From the IMG/VR virus record IMGVR_UViG_3300027754_000043: 64,000 nucleotides of DNA, one strand, 5' to 3'. A program made the position numbers and the translations under genes. Positions 18,035-27,064 of this stretch are shown piece by piece; the stretch's first letter is position 1; each line of letters begins with the position of its first letter. Under the pieces are notes generated by a model. That model was not told where the DNA came from, did no database searches, and saw only the letters and a program-made list of their open reading frames with translations. The DNA comes from a virus. Taxonomy: Duplodnaviria > Heunggongvirae > Uroviricota > Caudoviricetes.

Positions 18035-19012
18035 TTATACGTTTATTCCTAAAGTTGTCATTAATGTATCTACTGCGTTGTTTAATATCACTATTTCGGA
18101 ACTAGTTAAACCTGTACCTTGTGAAATAAATGAAATCTCGTTGTCTGAATAAAAAGTTGGATTGCCTAAATAGTTCATTGTTAAACCGTAAACCTCAACA
18201 TCTGGTCTAAATGTTGAAACAATACTTGAAGTTTTAGCAACATAAACATTATTAATTCCACCCTCAACTGCAGTCGAAGAAGTTCTTGAACCTATTGCAA
18301 ATCTTCTTGAATCACTCCATGTTGTAGGGCTATTCCAAAGTTGGTTATCAGTATAAACACCATTTTGATTAAATACATATCTAGGAGAGCCATCCCAAAA
18401 AGGAGCAACAATCGAACTTCCTCCATTATTTCCATAGGCACCGAATACACATTTTGCAGCTAATCCCATTGAAGTACGTGAATAAATACTTTGGTGTGCT
18501 GAATTTAAAGTGCTATGTGTTGAAGGAATATAGCCAGTTTTAAAATAACCGTTTGTAGTTGACTTTATACCCGTACTCGCGTGTGTAATTGAGCCAAAAT
18601 ACGTTAAATTAAACGTTGAGTTTCCTATAAAATTATAGTTGTTTTTAGTCGCATCACCATTGAATAAAAAGTGTATATGGTGAAATTTACCAACTATTGA
18701 ACTTATATCTGTTTCAAAAGTATTAACCGCGTTTATTGTAGGCACATCTGTAATACTACGAGCCGCTATCCACGCAGTAGTTAAAGCGCCGTAACCGCCA
18801 CCGCTTGGAGTTCCACCACTACTATTTGCAGCTGCAATTCGCGCGGTTAAGCTATCTCGAAGCAATTCTTGATATTTAAGCCAACGTTGTTTGTTTGCGT
18901 CTACAATAGCTTTATTCGGCTTTGATGTTGCTGTTTCTTCATCCAGCTGCTGCCGAGCTATTAAATTTTTAATAAGATCAGCTCTTCTAATAAAATTTCC
19001 ATATTCATTCAT
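18035..19012 (-). CDS. Putative head fibre / decoration protein (helical N-terminus, Gly linker, beta-rich C-terminal domain)
   Basis: Directly after the capsid terminator with its own promoter motif; SSGGTPSGGG linker. Confidence 0.5.
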   Translation of the reverse strand: MNEYGNFIRRADLIKNLIARQQLDEETATSKPNKAIVDANKQRWLKYQELLRDSLTARIAAANSSGGTPSGGGYGALTTAWIAARSITDVPTINAVNTFETDISSIVGKFHHIHFLFNGDATKNNYNFIGNSTFNLTYFGSITHASTGIKSTTNGYFKTGYIPSTHSTLNSAHQSIYSRTSMGLAAKCVFGAYGNNGGSSIVAPFWDGSPRYVFNQNGVYTDNQLWNSPTTWSDSRRFAIGSRTSSTAVEGGINNVYVAKTSSIVSTFRPDVEVYGLTMNYLGNPTFYSDNEISFISQGTGLTSSEIVILNNAVDTLMTTLGINV

Positions 19013-19037
19013 ACAATTATAAATATCAAAACAGTAA

Positions 19038-19065
19038 GAAAGGGATAGCCTAAGCCACCCCTTTC
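19038..19065 (-). terminator. Rho-independent terminator after the major capsid gene
   Basis: GAAAGGGGTGGC-TTAG-GCTATCCCTTTC stem followed by TTACTGTTTT. Confidence 0.8.
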
Positions 19066-19092
19066 AAAATCAATCTTTAAGTCGTTAAACTA

Positions 19093-20760
19093 CTAAAGAG
19101 TGTTTAATCCGTGTACGTATACTTTTCCGTAGAATTCTGGACGAACTACTTTCTTCGCGTAACGTGTCATAACACCTTTACGTGGAGTGAAGTTAACTGG
19201 ATCGTATACTAATGGAGTCATGATTAATGGAATATATGGAGAGAAAACTGCTCCAGTTTCAAGGAATTGTGCTCCTCTGAATCCCATTAATATTACATTT
19301 TCTTTCATGTATGGATTTTTGTAAACTGTGTAACGGTTATTGATTGCACCAATTTTTTGTACACCTGCTGCAAATTCCATTTTAGTTCCATCTGTATCAG
19401 CTGCGAATCCTGGGATAGACTCAAGAATAGTTGCAACTGCTGGAGAAGTTACTAAGAAGTTAGCACCACCTCTTAAAGTTTTTTGGTGGATTTTGTTAGA
19501 TACTTTTTGAAGTTTAGTACCTAAAGTTTGGAACCAACCACCTTGAGTGTTATAGAATCCATCACCTGCTGCACCAACTGCACCTGCTGCTGCTTGAGTA
19601 AATCCAGCACCATTCCATACATTGTTATTCAATGCTGACCAATATTCAACTGTTGGAGCTGCAGAAATCAACATATCTAAGATCTCTAAATCAATTTCCA
19701 TTGATACATACTCAGATAACATTGAAGTTAATTCAGCTTCAGCGTCAATTGAATGGTAAGCATTTAAATCTTGAGCAAACTCAGGAGTCCAAACTGCTTT
19801 TAACTTACGTGTTTTAGCAACGATTGGGTCTGATTGCATTTCCAAGTTAATTTCTGGAATATCTAAATCAACACCAGTATTGATACCTGTGTTAGCAGAA
19901 GATCCTTTAAATGGATTTTTATCCTCAAAATCACCTCTAGTAATATCAGTAGGTTGTTTGCTGTATTGAACATATAATCCACTGTTAGCTTTTGCTAATT
20001 GAAGAGCTGTTGCTTGTGTTGTAGATACAACAAATGATGCAGTGTAGTTAGAATCAATTTTTGTAAATGCTTGTACTGGAATAATTTCCGTAGAACCAGA
20101 TAACAATGTAAATGATCTTACTGCATATAAATCAGCATCAGTTGGTAATGCAATAGTTAATTTTTTATACGTTGATAATGAAGCTGAAGCCGCACCGTCA
20201 TAATTAACATCTGCTGCATCTGTAATTGATGCTGTAGCTGCTACTGCAGATAAGTTTGATGTAGTTGCGTTGTTAATTGAATAACCAAAACGTCCTGCAC
20301 CATATAAACCACCCGTTGGATCACCATCAGTAGTAGTAACACCAAACATTGAGTCATTAGCGTTAGGAGCGCTAAATGGATCACCAGTTCTGTTTAAGTT
20401 ATCATCATCAAATCCTGGTTGAGCTGTACCATATTTAAAATCTAAATAGAATACTAGTCCAGAAGGTAAATTCATTGGTTGAACTGATACGAATTCTTTT
20501 GCTGCAAATTCAGCGAAAATTCTTCTTACCAATGGTAAAGCAACACCTGCCCACTCTTCAGATCCAGCAGTCGTACCAGTTGAAGTAGCTTCTTTTACTA
20601 ATTGTCTAGCTTGGTTCTCTAACAATTGAGACATACCAGCTCTTTCAGTCTCAGTTTTTAAACCTTCTAATAGACCTGTTTTTTGCCATTTTGATACTAA
20701 TGCTTTTGCTTGGTTTCTTTGTACAAAGTCATTAGTTTGTAATAAGTTTGAAATACTCAT
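19093..20760 (-). CDS. Major capsid protein (T4 gp23-like)
   Basis: KW..TGLLEG, PLVRR, VSVQPM..PSGLVFYL, KTRKLKAVWTPEFAQDL..YH.IDAEAELT, YIPL, F.P..GVMTRY motifs. Confidence 0.97.
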   Translation of the reverse strand: MSISNLLQTNDFVQRNQAKALVSKWQKTGLLEGLKTETERAGMSQLLENQARQLVKEATSTGTTAGSEEWAGVALPLVRRIFAEFAAKEFVSVQPMNLPSGLVFYLDFKYGTAQPGFDDDNLNRTGDPFSAPNANDSMFGVTTTDGDPTGGLYGAGRFGYSINNATTSNLSAVAATASITDAADVNYDGAASASLSTYKKLTIALPTDADLYAVRSFTLLSGSTEIIPVQAFTKIDSNYTASFVVSTTQATALQLAKANSGLYVQYSKQPTDITRGDFEDKNPFKGSSANTGINTGVDLDIPEINLEMQSDPIVAKTRKLKAVWTPEFAQDLNAYHSIDAEAELTSMLSEYVSMEIDLEILDMLISAAPTVEYWSALNNNVWNGAGFTQAAAGAVGAAGDGFYNTQGGWFQTLGTKLQKVSNKIHQKTLRGGANFLVTSPAVATILESIPGFAADTDGTKMEFAAGVQKIGAINNRYTVYKNPYMKENVILMGFRGAQFLETGAVFSPYIPLIMTPLVYDPVNFTPRKGVMTRYAKKVVRPEFYGKVYVHGLNTL

Positions 20761-20784
20761 CTTTTATTTTCCTTTTTTAAATAA

Positions 20785-21789
20785 TTATAGCAATCCTGCT
20801 AATTTTTTCCATCTTTCAGCTTGATCGAATCCTTCTGTAATAATCGGTTTGCTAGGTTTTGTCGTTGCAGTCGCTTTAGACGCATATGATTCCTTAACAA
20901 CACGTTTCTTAGTAGTTGGACGATTAAAGCTTTCAGCTAATGTTGTAAATACTAATTTTACTTCTCTTGTGTTTCCTGCTCTATCGAAATTTTCAATCAC
21001 TTTCATTTTTTGTGATTCGTTCAATTCGAAGTTACGGAACAATTTGTTTGTGTAAAGCAATTTAGCGTTTAACAAGTTAACTTCATTGATAATAGATTTA
21101 AGTTGGTGCACTGTTTTGTATGCTTCTTGAAGTTCTTCTTCTTTTTCAGCTACTTCATTTTGCAAATCAGATACAATACCATCTTCATCTTTTGATGGAA
21201 CATCTAGATCTTGTTCTGCTGAAAATTCATCTTCACGAAGAATAGATTCAATAATCTCATCGATATTCATATCATCTTCTTCAGAATAGTCACCTTCTGC
21301 CATTGGCTCATCTGCCATTGGTTCTTCAGTATCTAAATCACCTTCTAATTCACGAATAATAGCTTCTAGATTTAACTCATCATGATCATAACCTTCGTTA
21401 TATTCATCTTCTGGGTTTGTATCTAATGGCTCTTCAACCGGTGCACCCATTTCATCTTCTACGCCAGCCATTGGTTCTTTTGAAAAAATATCAAATTCAT
21501 CAAATTCACCATTGTTGTCTACGTCGATTGATAAATCACCAACATCAGCACCCATTTCACCGTCAACTGGTAATTCTTCATTTCCAGCTTCTAAATCTAC
21601 ATCAGCACCCATAGTATCGTCAGCAGGTAATTCTTCATCTTCTAATTCCTCAGAAAGTTTAGCAGATAACATGCTTTGGATTCTTGGAGCAAATGCTTCT
21701 TGTAACGCAATTTTTGCATTAGCTAATGCAGTTTCTTTAACAGCACGTGCGTCAGCGATTGCTTCTTTTAGCAAATCTGATTTTGCCAT
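20785..21789 (-). CDS. Prohead scaffolding/core protein
   Basis: Acidic, coiled-coil; immediately upstream of the MCP; many (I/L)xE sites; AGGAG SD at 21798-21802. Confidence 0.8.
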   Translation of the reverse strand: MAKSDLLKEAIADARAVKETALANAKIALQEAFAPRIQSMLSAKLSEELEDEELPADDTMGADVDLEAGNEELPVDGEMGADVGDLSIDVDNNGEFDEFDIFSKEPMAGVEDEMGAPVEEPLDTNPEDEYNEGYDHDELNLEAIIRELEGDLDTEEPMADEPMAEGDYSEEDDMNIDEIIESILREDEFSAEQDLDVPSKDEDGIVSDLQNEVAEKEEELQEAYKTVHQLKSIINEVNLLNAKLLYTNKLFRNFELNESQKMKVIENFDRAGNTREVKLVFTTLAESFNRPTTKKRVVKESYASKATATTKPSKPIITEGFDQAERWKKLAGLL

Positions 21790-21932
21790 AAGTTGTTCTC
21801 CTTAATTTGTTTTTGTTTGGAAGTAAGATTATTTAAAAATCTTAATAGAATATTTTTTTGTATATAAACGTTATATAGAATAAAATAACGTATTCTAATA
21901 TAAATATAGGTATGTTTGAAAAACCAGTAAAA

Positions 21933-21958
21933 AAGCCCCAACGTTTAAGAAGGGGCTT
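21933..21958 (-). terminator. Rho-independent terminator after bS21
   Basis: AAGCCCC...GGGGCTT stem followed by a T run on the minus strand. Confidence 0.75.
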
Positions 21959-21989
21959 AATTTAGGACTTTATATATGTTAGATTTTTT

Positions 21990-22235
21990 TTATTTACTAT
22001 GTAAATCTCTTACATATTGCATAAATGACGCGTGCTGAATTTCTTTACGTCGTTTAACACCTGGCTTTGTGTATTCTTTGCGATCTTTTACTTCTTCTAA
22101 AATACCTGCAGATTTTACTTTACGTTTCCATGATTTAATTGCATAGCCTACGTCTTCTCTTGCATTGCCAATTACTCTAACTGCCATAGCATTACCCGGT
22201 ACTACTGATTGATGTTGTTTTTGTTTTTTATTCAT
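21990..22235 (-). CDS. rpsU: Phage-encoded ribosomal protein bS21
   Basis: AIKSWKRKVKSAGILEEVKDRKEYTKPGVKRRKE matches the bS21 pattern (al..FKR....G.....r.r..y.KPs..rr); about 14-aa N-terminal extension. Confidence 0.85.
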   Translation of the reverse strand: MNKKQKQHQSVVPGNAMAVRVIGNAREDVGYAIKSWKRKVKSAGILEEVKDRKEYTKPGVKRRKEIQHASFMQYVRDLHSK

Positions 22236-22254
22236 ATAACTTATTTATGTGTTT

Positions 22255-22749
22255 TTAAATTTCTCTTCGTCTAGGTTGTTCTGGAGTTTCTTGATTCTTC
22301 ACATTGAATCTAAAATGTTTAATCATTGGTAATTGTGAAATATACCCTTGAATTCTTTTTGATTCTTTATATGGATTTTCTCCTAATCTAAAATAAAAAT
22401 AACCAACTTTACCAGAAGGCGATATTGTTTGTTGTACTATAGTAAAACCTTTTTTTTGAGCCCATTGACTAATATCTGCTGCTGTTGCTTTTGCTTGAGC
22501 TGGATCAATTAATACATACTCAACTCCACCCTTATAATCACCCATATGGTTTAATAACTCAGCTTCATCTAATTCGCCTTCTTTCATCGAAGACATTAAG
22601 TTTTTAGTTTTATCTAACTCTTTATTAAACTTTACTAAATTTTCATAATCAGTTTCCGAAGTACCAGGAACGTGAGCTTTTGCTGAAGTTGCAGTTGATT
22701 GTTCTGCTAATCCAAAAAATTCTCTATATAGTTTTTTAATCGTATTCAT
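22255..22749 (-). CDS. Hypothetical protein
   Basis: 164 aa ORF preceded by TTGGAT-17-TATATT. Confidence 0.75.
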   Translation of the reverse strand: MNTIKKLYREFFGLAEQSTATSAKAHVPGTSETDYENLVKFNKELDKTKNLMSSMKEGELDEAELLNHMGDYKGGVEYVLIDPAQAKATAADISQWAQKKGFTIVQQTISPSGKVGYFYFRLGENPYKESKRIQGYISQLPMIKHFRFNVKNQETPEQPRRREI

Positions 22750-22761
22750 TTATATACCTTT

Positions 22762-22790
22762 AATATAAGTATTTTATTTCAAAAATCCAA
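22762..22790 (-). promoter_or_regulatory. Sigma70-like promoter TTGGAT-N17-TATATT
   Basis: -35 at 22785-22790, -10 at 22762-22767, 17-bp spacer; same pattern at 63742-63770. Confidence 0.55.
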
Positions 22791-22791
22791 A

Positions 22792-23196
22792 TTATTGAAC
22801 ATCGTAATAACGACTTAAACCTTGACCAATATTCTCGTATGCCATGCTTAATCGCTCTTGTAACTGCTTCATTTCACGAGCAGTGGCCTCGAACATCGAG
22901 TAATCTTCTTGAATACGTTTAAAGTTCTTTTTGTGTGCTACATCTGAAAACCAATCATCACTTTCAGTCATAATCTTCTCAGCTTTCTCAACAATTGTTT
23001 TTACTCGTTCACATATAGAATCTAAATCACCTTTACCATATACTGATTCGCCTAATGCTGAAAAATTCTTAACTGCATTAACGAATTCTCTTTTTTCGTC
23101 AATTGACATTGGCTTTGGTTGGCCATCTAATATTGTTTCTAATATACGTTTTAAATTTGGTGTGTCCATATTATATCCTACATTTTCCATCATCAC
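22792..23196 (-). CDS. Hypothetical helical head-module protein
   Basis: Follows the protease; probable start at 23169 (MDTPNLKRILE). Confidence 0.7.
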   Translation of the reverse strand: MMMENVGYNMDTPNLKRILETILDGQPKPMSIDEKREFVNAVKNFSALGESVYGKGDLDSICERVKTIVEKAEKIMTESDDWFSDVAHKKNFKRIQEDYSMFEATAREMKQLQERLSMAYENIGQGLSRYYDVQ

Positions 23197-23800
23197 ATAA
23201 AATAGATGTGATAATACTATTAACTTTTGAGTATTTATTTATTGTTGATGTTTTATTTACTGATTCATGCATATGAGTTGGTTTCATAAATGCACCATGT
23301 GTCGATGGATTAGATACAAAGTCCCAACAGATTAATTCAAAATCTTCTTGTACTTCAACCGTTCCTTCATTTCTTAATTCTTTAACAGAACCTAATCCAC
23401 GAGATGATATACCTAATGTTATACCAGCTTTGAACAATGCTTTTAAAATGTTTCCAGATGGAGTTTCTAATATTTGTACAGCTCCTTTTAAATCATCACC
23501 ATCCCACCATATTTTTAAAACATTGTGTGATACATTGTTTAAGTTTACAACAGAAGATTCTGGGTGATCTAGTTCACCTAATGCTCTGTGTTGATCTATA
23601 AACTCTACTTGATATTTCTTACATTCTCGTTCTAATATATGTTTAGGATATACTCTACCGTTTTGATTTTTTGAGCCAGCTCGTTGTAATACGCCTTGCA
23701 CAACAAAACCACCTGGTATTCCATACGCAGCACCACTCGATTCGTTTAATGAACCAATTGGAATAAATGGCATATATTCTACTAATTGTTGTTTTGACAT
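23171..23800 (-). CDS. Prohead core protease (gp21-like)
   Basis: NQNGRVYP, ALGELDHP, VSH, ILETPSG, GISSRGLGS, DFVSNPS motifs. Confidence 0.95.
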   Translation of the reverse strand: MSKQQLVEYMPFIPIGSLNESSGAAYGIPGGFVVQGVLQRAGSKNQNGRVYPKHILERECKKYQVEFIDQHRALGELDHPESSVVNLNNVSHNVLKIWWDGDDLKGAVQILETPSGNILKALFKAGITLGISSRGLGSVKELRNEGTVEVQEDFELICWDFVSNPSTHGAFMKPTHMHESVNKTSTINKYSKVNSIITSILCDDGKCRI

Positions 23801-23804
23801 TGTA

Positions 23805-24287
23805 TTATTCTCCTAATGATCTTATACGCTCTGATATTTTGATTAATCGCTCTGATATTCTTGACAATGCTTTTTGTGTTGCTGGTCCGTATACAGACGA
23901 TGTTACTCCAGATTCTGTTTTAAGTTTACTATTATATTGTACTAATGTTTCAATCTCTTGAAGCTTCTTAGCAATTTCTTGTATAGTCGATTTAACTTTG
24001 CTAGATGGCTTAACATCACCAGATTTAAAATCACGATATCCTTCTATAAGTTGTTCGTATTTTTTGTCTAATGCTTCTTCTACTGCCCCAGAATAATTAA
24101 ATTTTTTCTTTTTAAAATTCTTTTCAGATGTAAATGCACCTGGAATATTATATCCAGCAATTGCTGCTGTTGTATTTTGTTCCTCTAATTCATCTTCAGA
24201 TGTCTGATCAGTGGTATTATCCACTTCAACATTTTCTTCCTCTAATTCGATGAATTTCTTTTCCATTTCTAATAAAAATGATTTCAT
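23805..24287 (-). CDS. Hypothetical head-module protein
   Basis: Acidic N-terminus MKSFLLE; AGGAG SD at 24296-24300. Confidence 0.7.
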   Translation of the reverse strand: MKSFLLEMEKKFIELEEENVEVDNTTDQTSEDELEEQNTTAAIAGYNIPGAFTSEKNFKKKKFNYSGAVEEALDKKYEQLIEGYRDFKSGDVKPSSKVKSTIQEIAKKLQEIETLVQYNSKLKTESGVTSSVYGPATQKALSRISERLIKISERIRSLGE

Positions 24288-25135
24288 TAATGCATCTCCT
24301 TTAATTCACGTACTAAATCGAAATATCTTAACAATGAAAGTATATGTGATTCTTTAATTGTTTTCATAGTTTCAACATTACATAACATTTCTGACAGCTT
24401 TGCTACTTTAATTTTTGTAACCTTATCGTCAATCAAATTTGATTGTTCGGCTAACTGATTTTTAATACCTGGTATTATTGTTTTAATATATGAACGTAAT
24501 TCTGCGGTATCATTAACGTGTGTAATATATTTATTCAACAATTGTTTTTGAGATTCATCTAATACCGAATATTTTTCATTGAATTTGTCAACTAACAATT
24601 TATATGATAATAAACGCATATCTTTTGGTTGTGATGCAAATGCTTCAAGTAATGGATCGACATTTGGTTTTCTACGTTCTGTAATTAATCCATTTTCAAT
24701 AATTTGAACTTTGCATTCCATTATTTGTTTAGGATTATCAGTTTCATCATACTCAAATAACATGTAAATAGATGCTAATGCTTTATAGTTAGATATATGC
24801 ATCTTAGCCATATCATCAAATACAAATTTTTCTGAAATCTCTTTTACTAAATTATATTTTTGACGCTTTAATGTACTTTGGTTTAATTTACCATACGCAG
24901 ATTTTACGGTACGAATATAATCGAGTGCCTGTGCTTCGCTTTTGAATTGCTCTTTTAACAATGCATTGTATAATTGCAATTCCTTTGATAATTCAGTATT
25001 CTTACCGAAATAATTTTTAATAATATCAATAGTTACTGATTTATTCGAAGTTAATGTTTCAGACGTTAATTTTCTAACTAACATTTCAAATAAAATACCC
25101 GTATTCTTATATTTCGAATGCTTTAATTTTTTCAT
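24287..25135 (-). CDS. Head-module protein (putative prohead core component)
   Basis: KHSKYKNTGILFE start; helical; between portal and protease. Confidence 0.65.
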   Translation of the reverse strand: MKKLKHSKYKNTGILFEMLVRKLTSETLTSNKSVTIDIIKNYFGKNTELSKELQLYNALLKEQFKSEAQALDYIRTVKSAYGKLNQSTLKRQKYNLVKEISEKFVFDDMAKMHISNYKALASIYMLFEYDETDNPKQIMECKVQIIENGLITERRKPNVDPLLEAFASQPKDMRLLSYKLLVDKFNEKYSVLDESQKQLLNKYITHVNDTAELRSYIKTIIPGIKNQLAEQSNLIDDKVTKIKVAKLSEMLCNVETMKTIKESHILSLLRYFDLVRELKEMH

Positions 25136-25176
25136 GTTGTGTGCAGTGCCTTATTTTAAAATAAATATGTTTATAA

Positions 25177-27015
25177 TTATAAAATGTTGTTTTCGTCCAA
25201 CATTGTACCAGAATCGTCTGTATCTGAGTTATTTTTCTTAGATTTTATAGACTCTATTATTAGTTTTGGTGATTTTTTGTTTAAGTATTTTAAAATATTG
25301 TGATTTTCAGTGGCAATGTTATTTGCACCTCGTCTAGCATTAGGATCAGGTTGAAAAGTCGACTTTTGGTTTTCTGGATTAAATGATTGCTTAATTTGTT
25401 TCATACCAGTTGGATCCCATCCGAATGCATTCTTATGTTGACCAAATTTAATTCCTTCTTTAGGTCTACCACCCTTATCTTTTTCTTCTACATCATTGCT
25501 AGACATATGAACCGTTGCTAAATCGTGTGGAGTACCATATGATATACCTGTTATTGCTGGATCATTTCCTTCTGTTTCAATTTGGTTTTGACGGAATCTC
25601 AATTTAAGATCTTCTATTACATCATTACGCTCTTGTAACCACTGATCTTCTGACATATTGAAAATATATTCATATATGTATTTATCTGATACTAATTTAG
25701 AATCTTTCATTGCAGTTGCTAATTGAATTTTCTCATTCATTAATGCAACTTTTTGTTGATCATAAATAATAGATGGAGCTGTTAATTCTAATTCAAATCC
25801 AATTAAATCTTCATTTTCAAAACCTTGTGAATATAAATGCACAATTGCAATTTTAGTTAATTCAGATACTACGATTTTTTGAATACGTTCAATTGTTCTA
25901 GCAAAACGAATATCCATCGATGCTAATGTAGATTTACCTTCGACCCCTTCATCATATCCTAAAAATGGTTTAGGTATTTTTAAAGCTGCCATCATTTTAT
26001 GTTTGATATACTCAATATCATCCATACCCGTAAATGTCATACCTGGCAATGTGTCAATAGTAGTCGATGATTGACCTCCGCGTACTGGTAAGTAATAATC
26101 TTCTAACATGTTGTTAATATTAAATTTAAGATTATAATTTCCTGTTTGTGGATCTATATGTGGAATCTTTTTCATTTTATTGATAATTTGTTCCATAAAG
26201 CTATCAACTTCATTTGGTGGAATATTACCAATATCAATTTTAAAAATACGTTTTTCTGGTGCTCTCATTATACGATGAATAAGCATTGCATCTTCCATCA
26301 TCATTAATTTTTGAAACTCTTTACGAGCTCCTTCTAACATAGATCTACCATATGGTAAAAAGTTAGAATCAGATAACATACGAAAATGTGCAATTTCATA
26401 TACCGGATATTCCATTTGATCCGAAGCTATATTTTTGAATTTAATTTCATATTCACCTGTGTTTTCGGTATATTCTTCCCAACGTTCCATTTCGTAACTT
26501 GAAAACGGACGAGCATTTAATACTCCAACATCTTCAGCAATATCTAATTTTAAAAAGAAATCACCATACTTAGTCATATTACGAATCCATGTCCATAAAT
26601 TAAAATCTATGTTTAAGACATCATAAAATAAATTATAAAGTATTTTTTGTATTTGAGTATTATTTGCACGTATAGTTAATATATCACCAAACTGATCTGC
26701 TAATGTAGATTCATCCGAATATATATCTAATGCTGAAGATATAATAGGATCTTTATCCATCATTTCATAATCAGCATAAAGCTGCATACGGTTTTGATGC
26801 ATATAGTAATTAGAATCATAACCACCCATACCACCAACACGATGTTTATTGGCTCCATGTAAACGAGTATAGCGATCTGCTACTTTACTCATTCCTAAGT
26901 TACCAACACTTTGTAATCGGTTTGTATCTACTACACGTAATTGATCTTTACCATATGCTCTAACAATTACATTGGTACTAAATAAATTTTGTAAACGTTT
27001 TCTTAGTGACGCCAT
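25177..27015 (-). CDS. Portal protein (gp20-like)
   Basis: YEMMD..PIISSALD, MMEDAMLIHRIMRAPEKRIFKIDIGN, EDYYLPVRGG...IDTLPG, ALKIP motifs. Confidence 0.95.
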   Translation of the reverse strand: MASLRKRLQNLFSTNVIVRAYGKDQLRVVDTNRLQSVGNLGMSKVADRYTRLHGANKHRVGGMGGYDSNYYMHQNRMQLYADYEMMDKDPIISSALDIYSDESTLADQFGDILTIRANNTQIQKILYNLFYDVLNIDFNLWTWIRNMTKYGDFFLKLDIAEDVGVLNARPFSSYEMERWEEYTENTGEYEIKFKNIASDQMEYPVYEIAHFRMLSDSNFLPYGRSMLEGARKEFQKLMMMEDAMLIHRIMRAPEKRIFKIDIGNIPPNEVDSFMEQIINKMKKIPHIDPQTGNYNLKFNINNMLEDYYLPVRGGQSSTTIDTLPGMTFTGMDDIEYIKHKMMAALKIPKPFLGYDEGVEGKSTLASMDIRFARTIERIQKIVVSELTKIAIVHLYSQGFENEDLIGFELELTAPSIIYDQQKVALMNEKIQLATAMKDSKLVSDKYIYEYIFNMSEDQWLQERNDVIEDLKLRFRQNQIETEGNDPAITGISYGTPHDLATVHMSSNDVEEKDKGGRPKEGIKFGQHKNAFGWDPTGMKQIKQSFNPENQKSTFQPDPNARRGANNIATENHNILKYLNKKSPKLIIESIKSKKNNSDTDDSGTMLDENNIL

Positions 27016-27064
27016 ATTTTCTTTTTTTAATAATAAATATGGCTATTGTTAGAACAGCGGCAAA

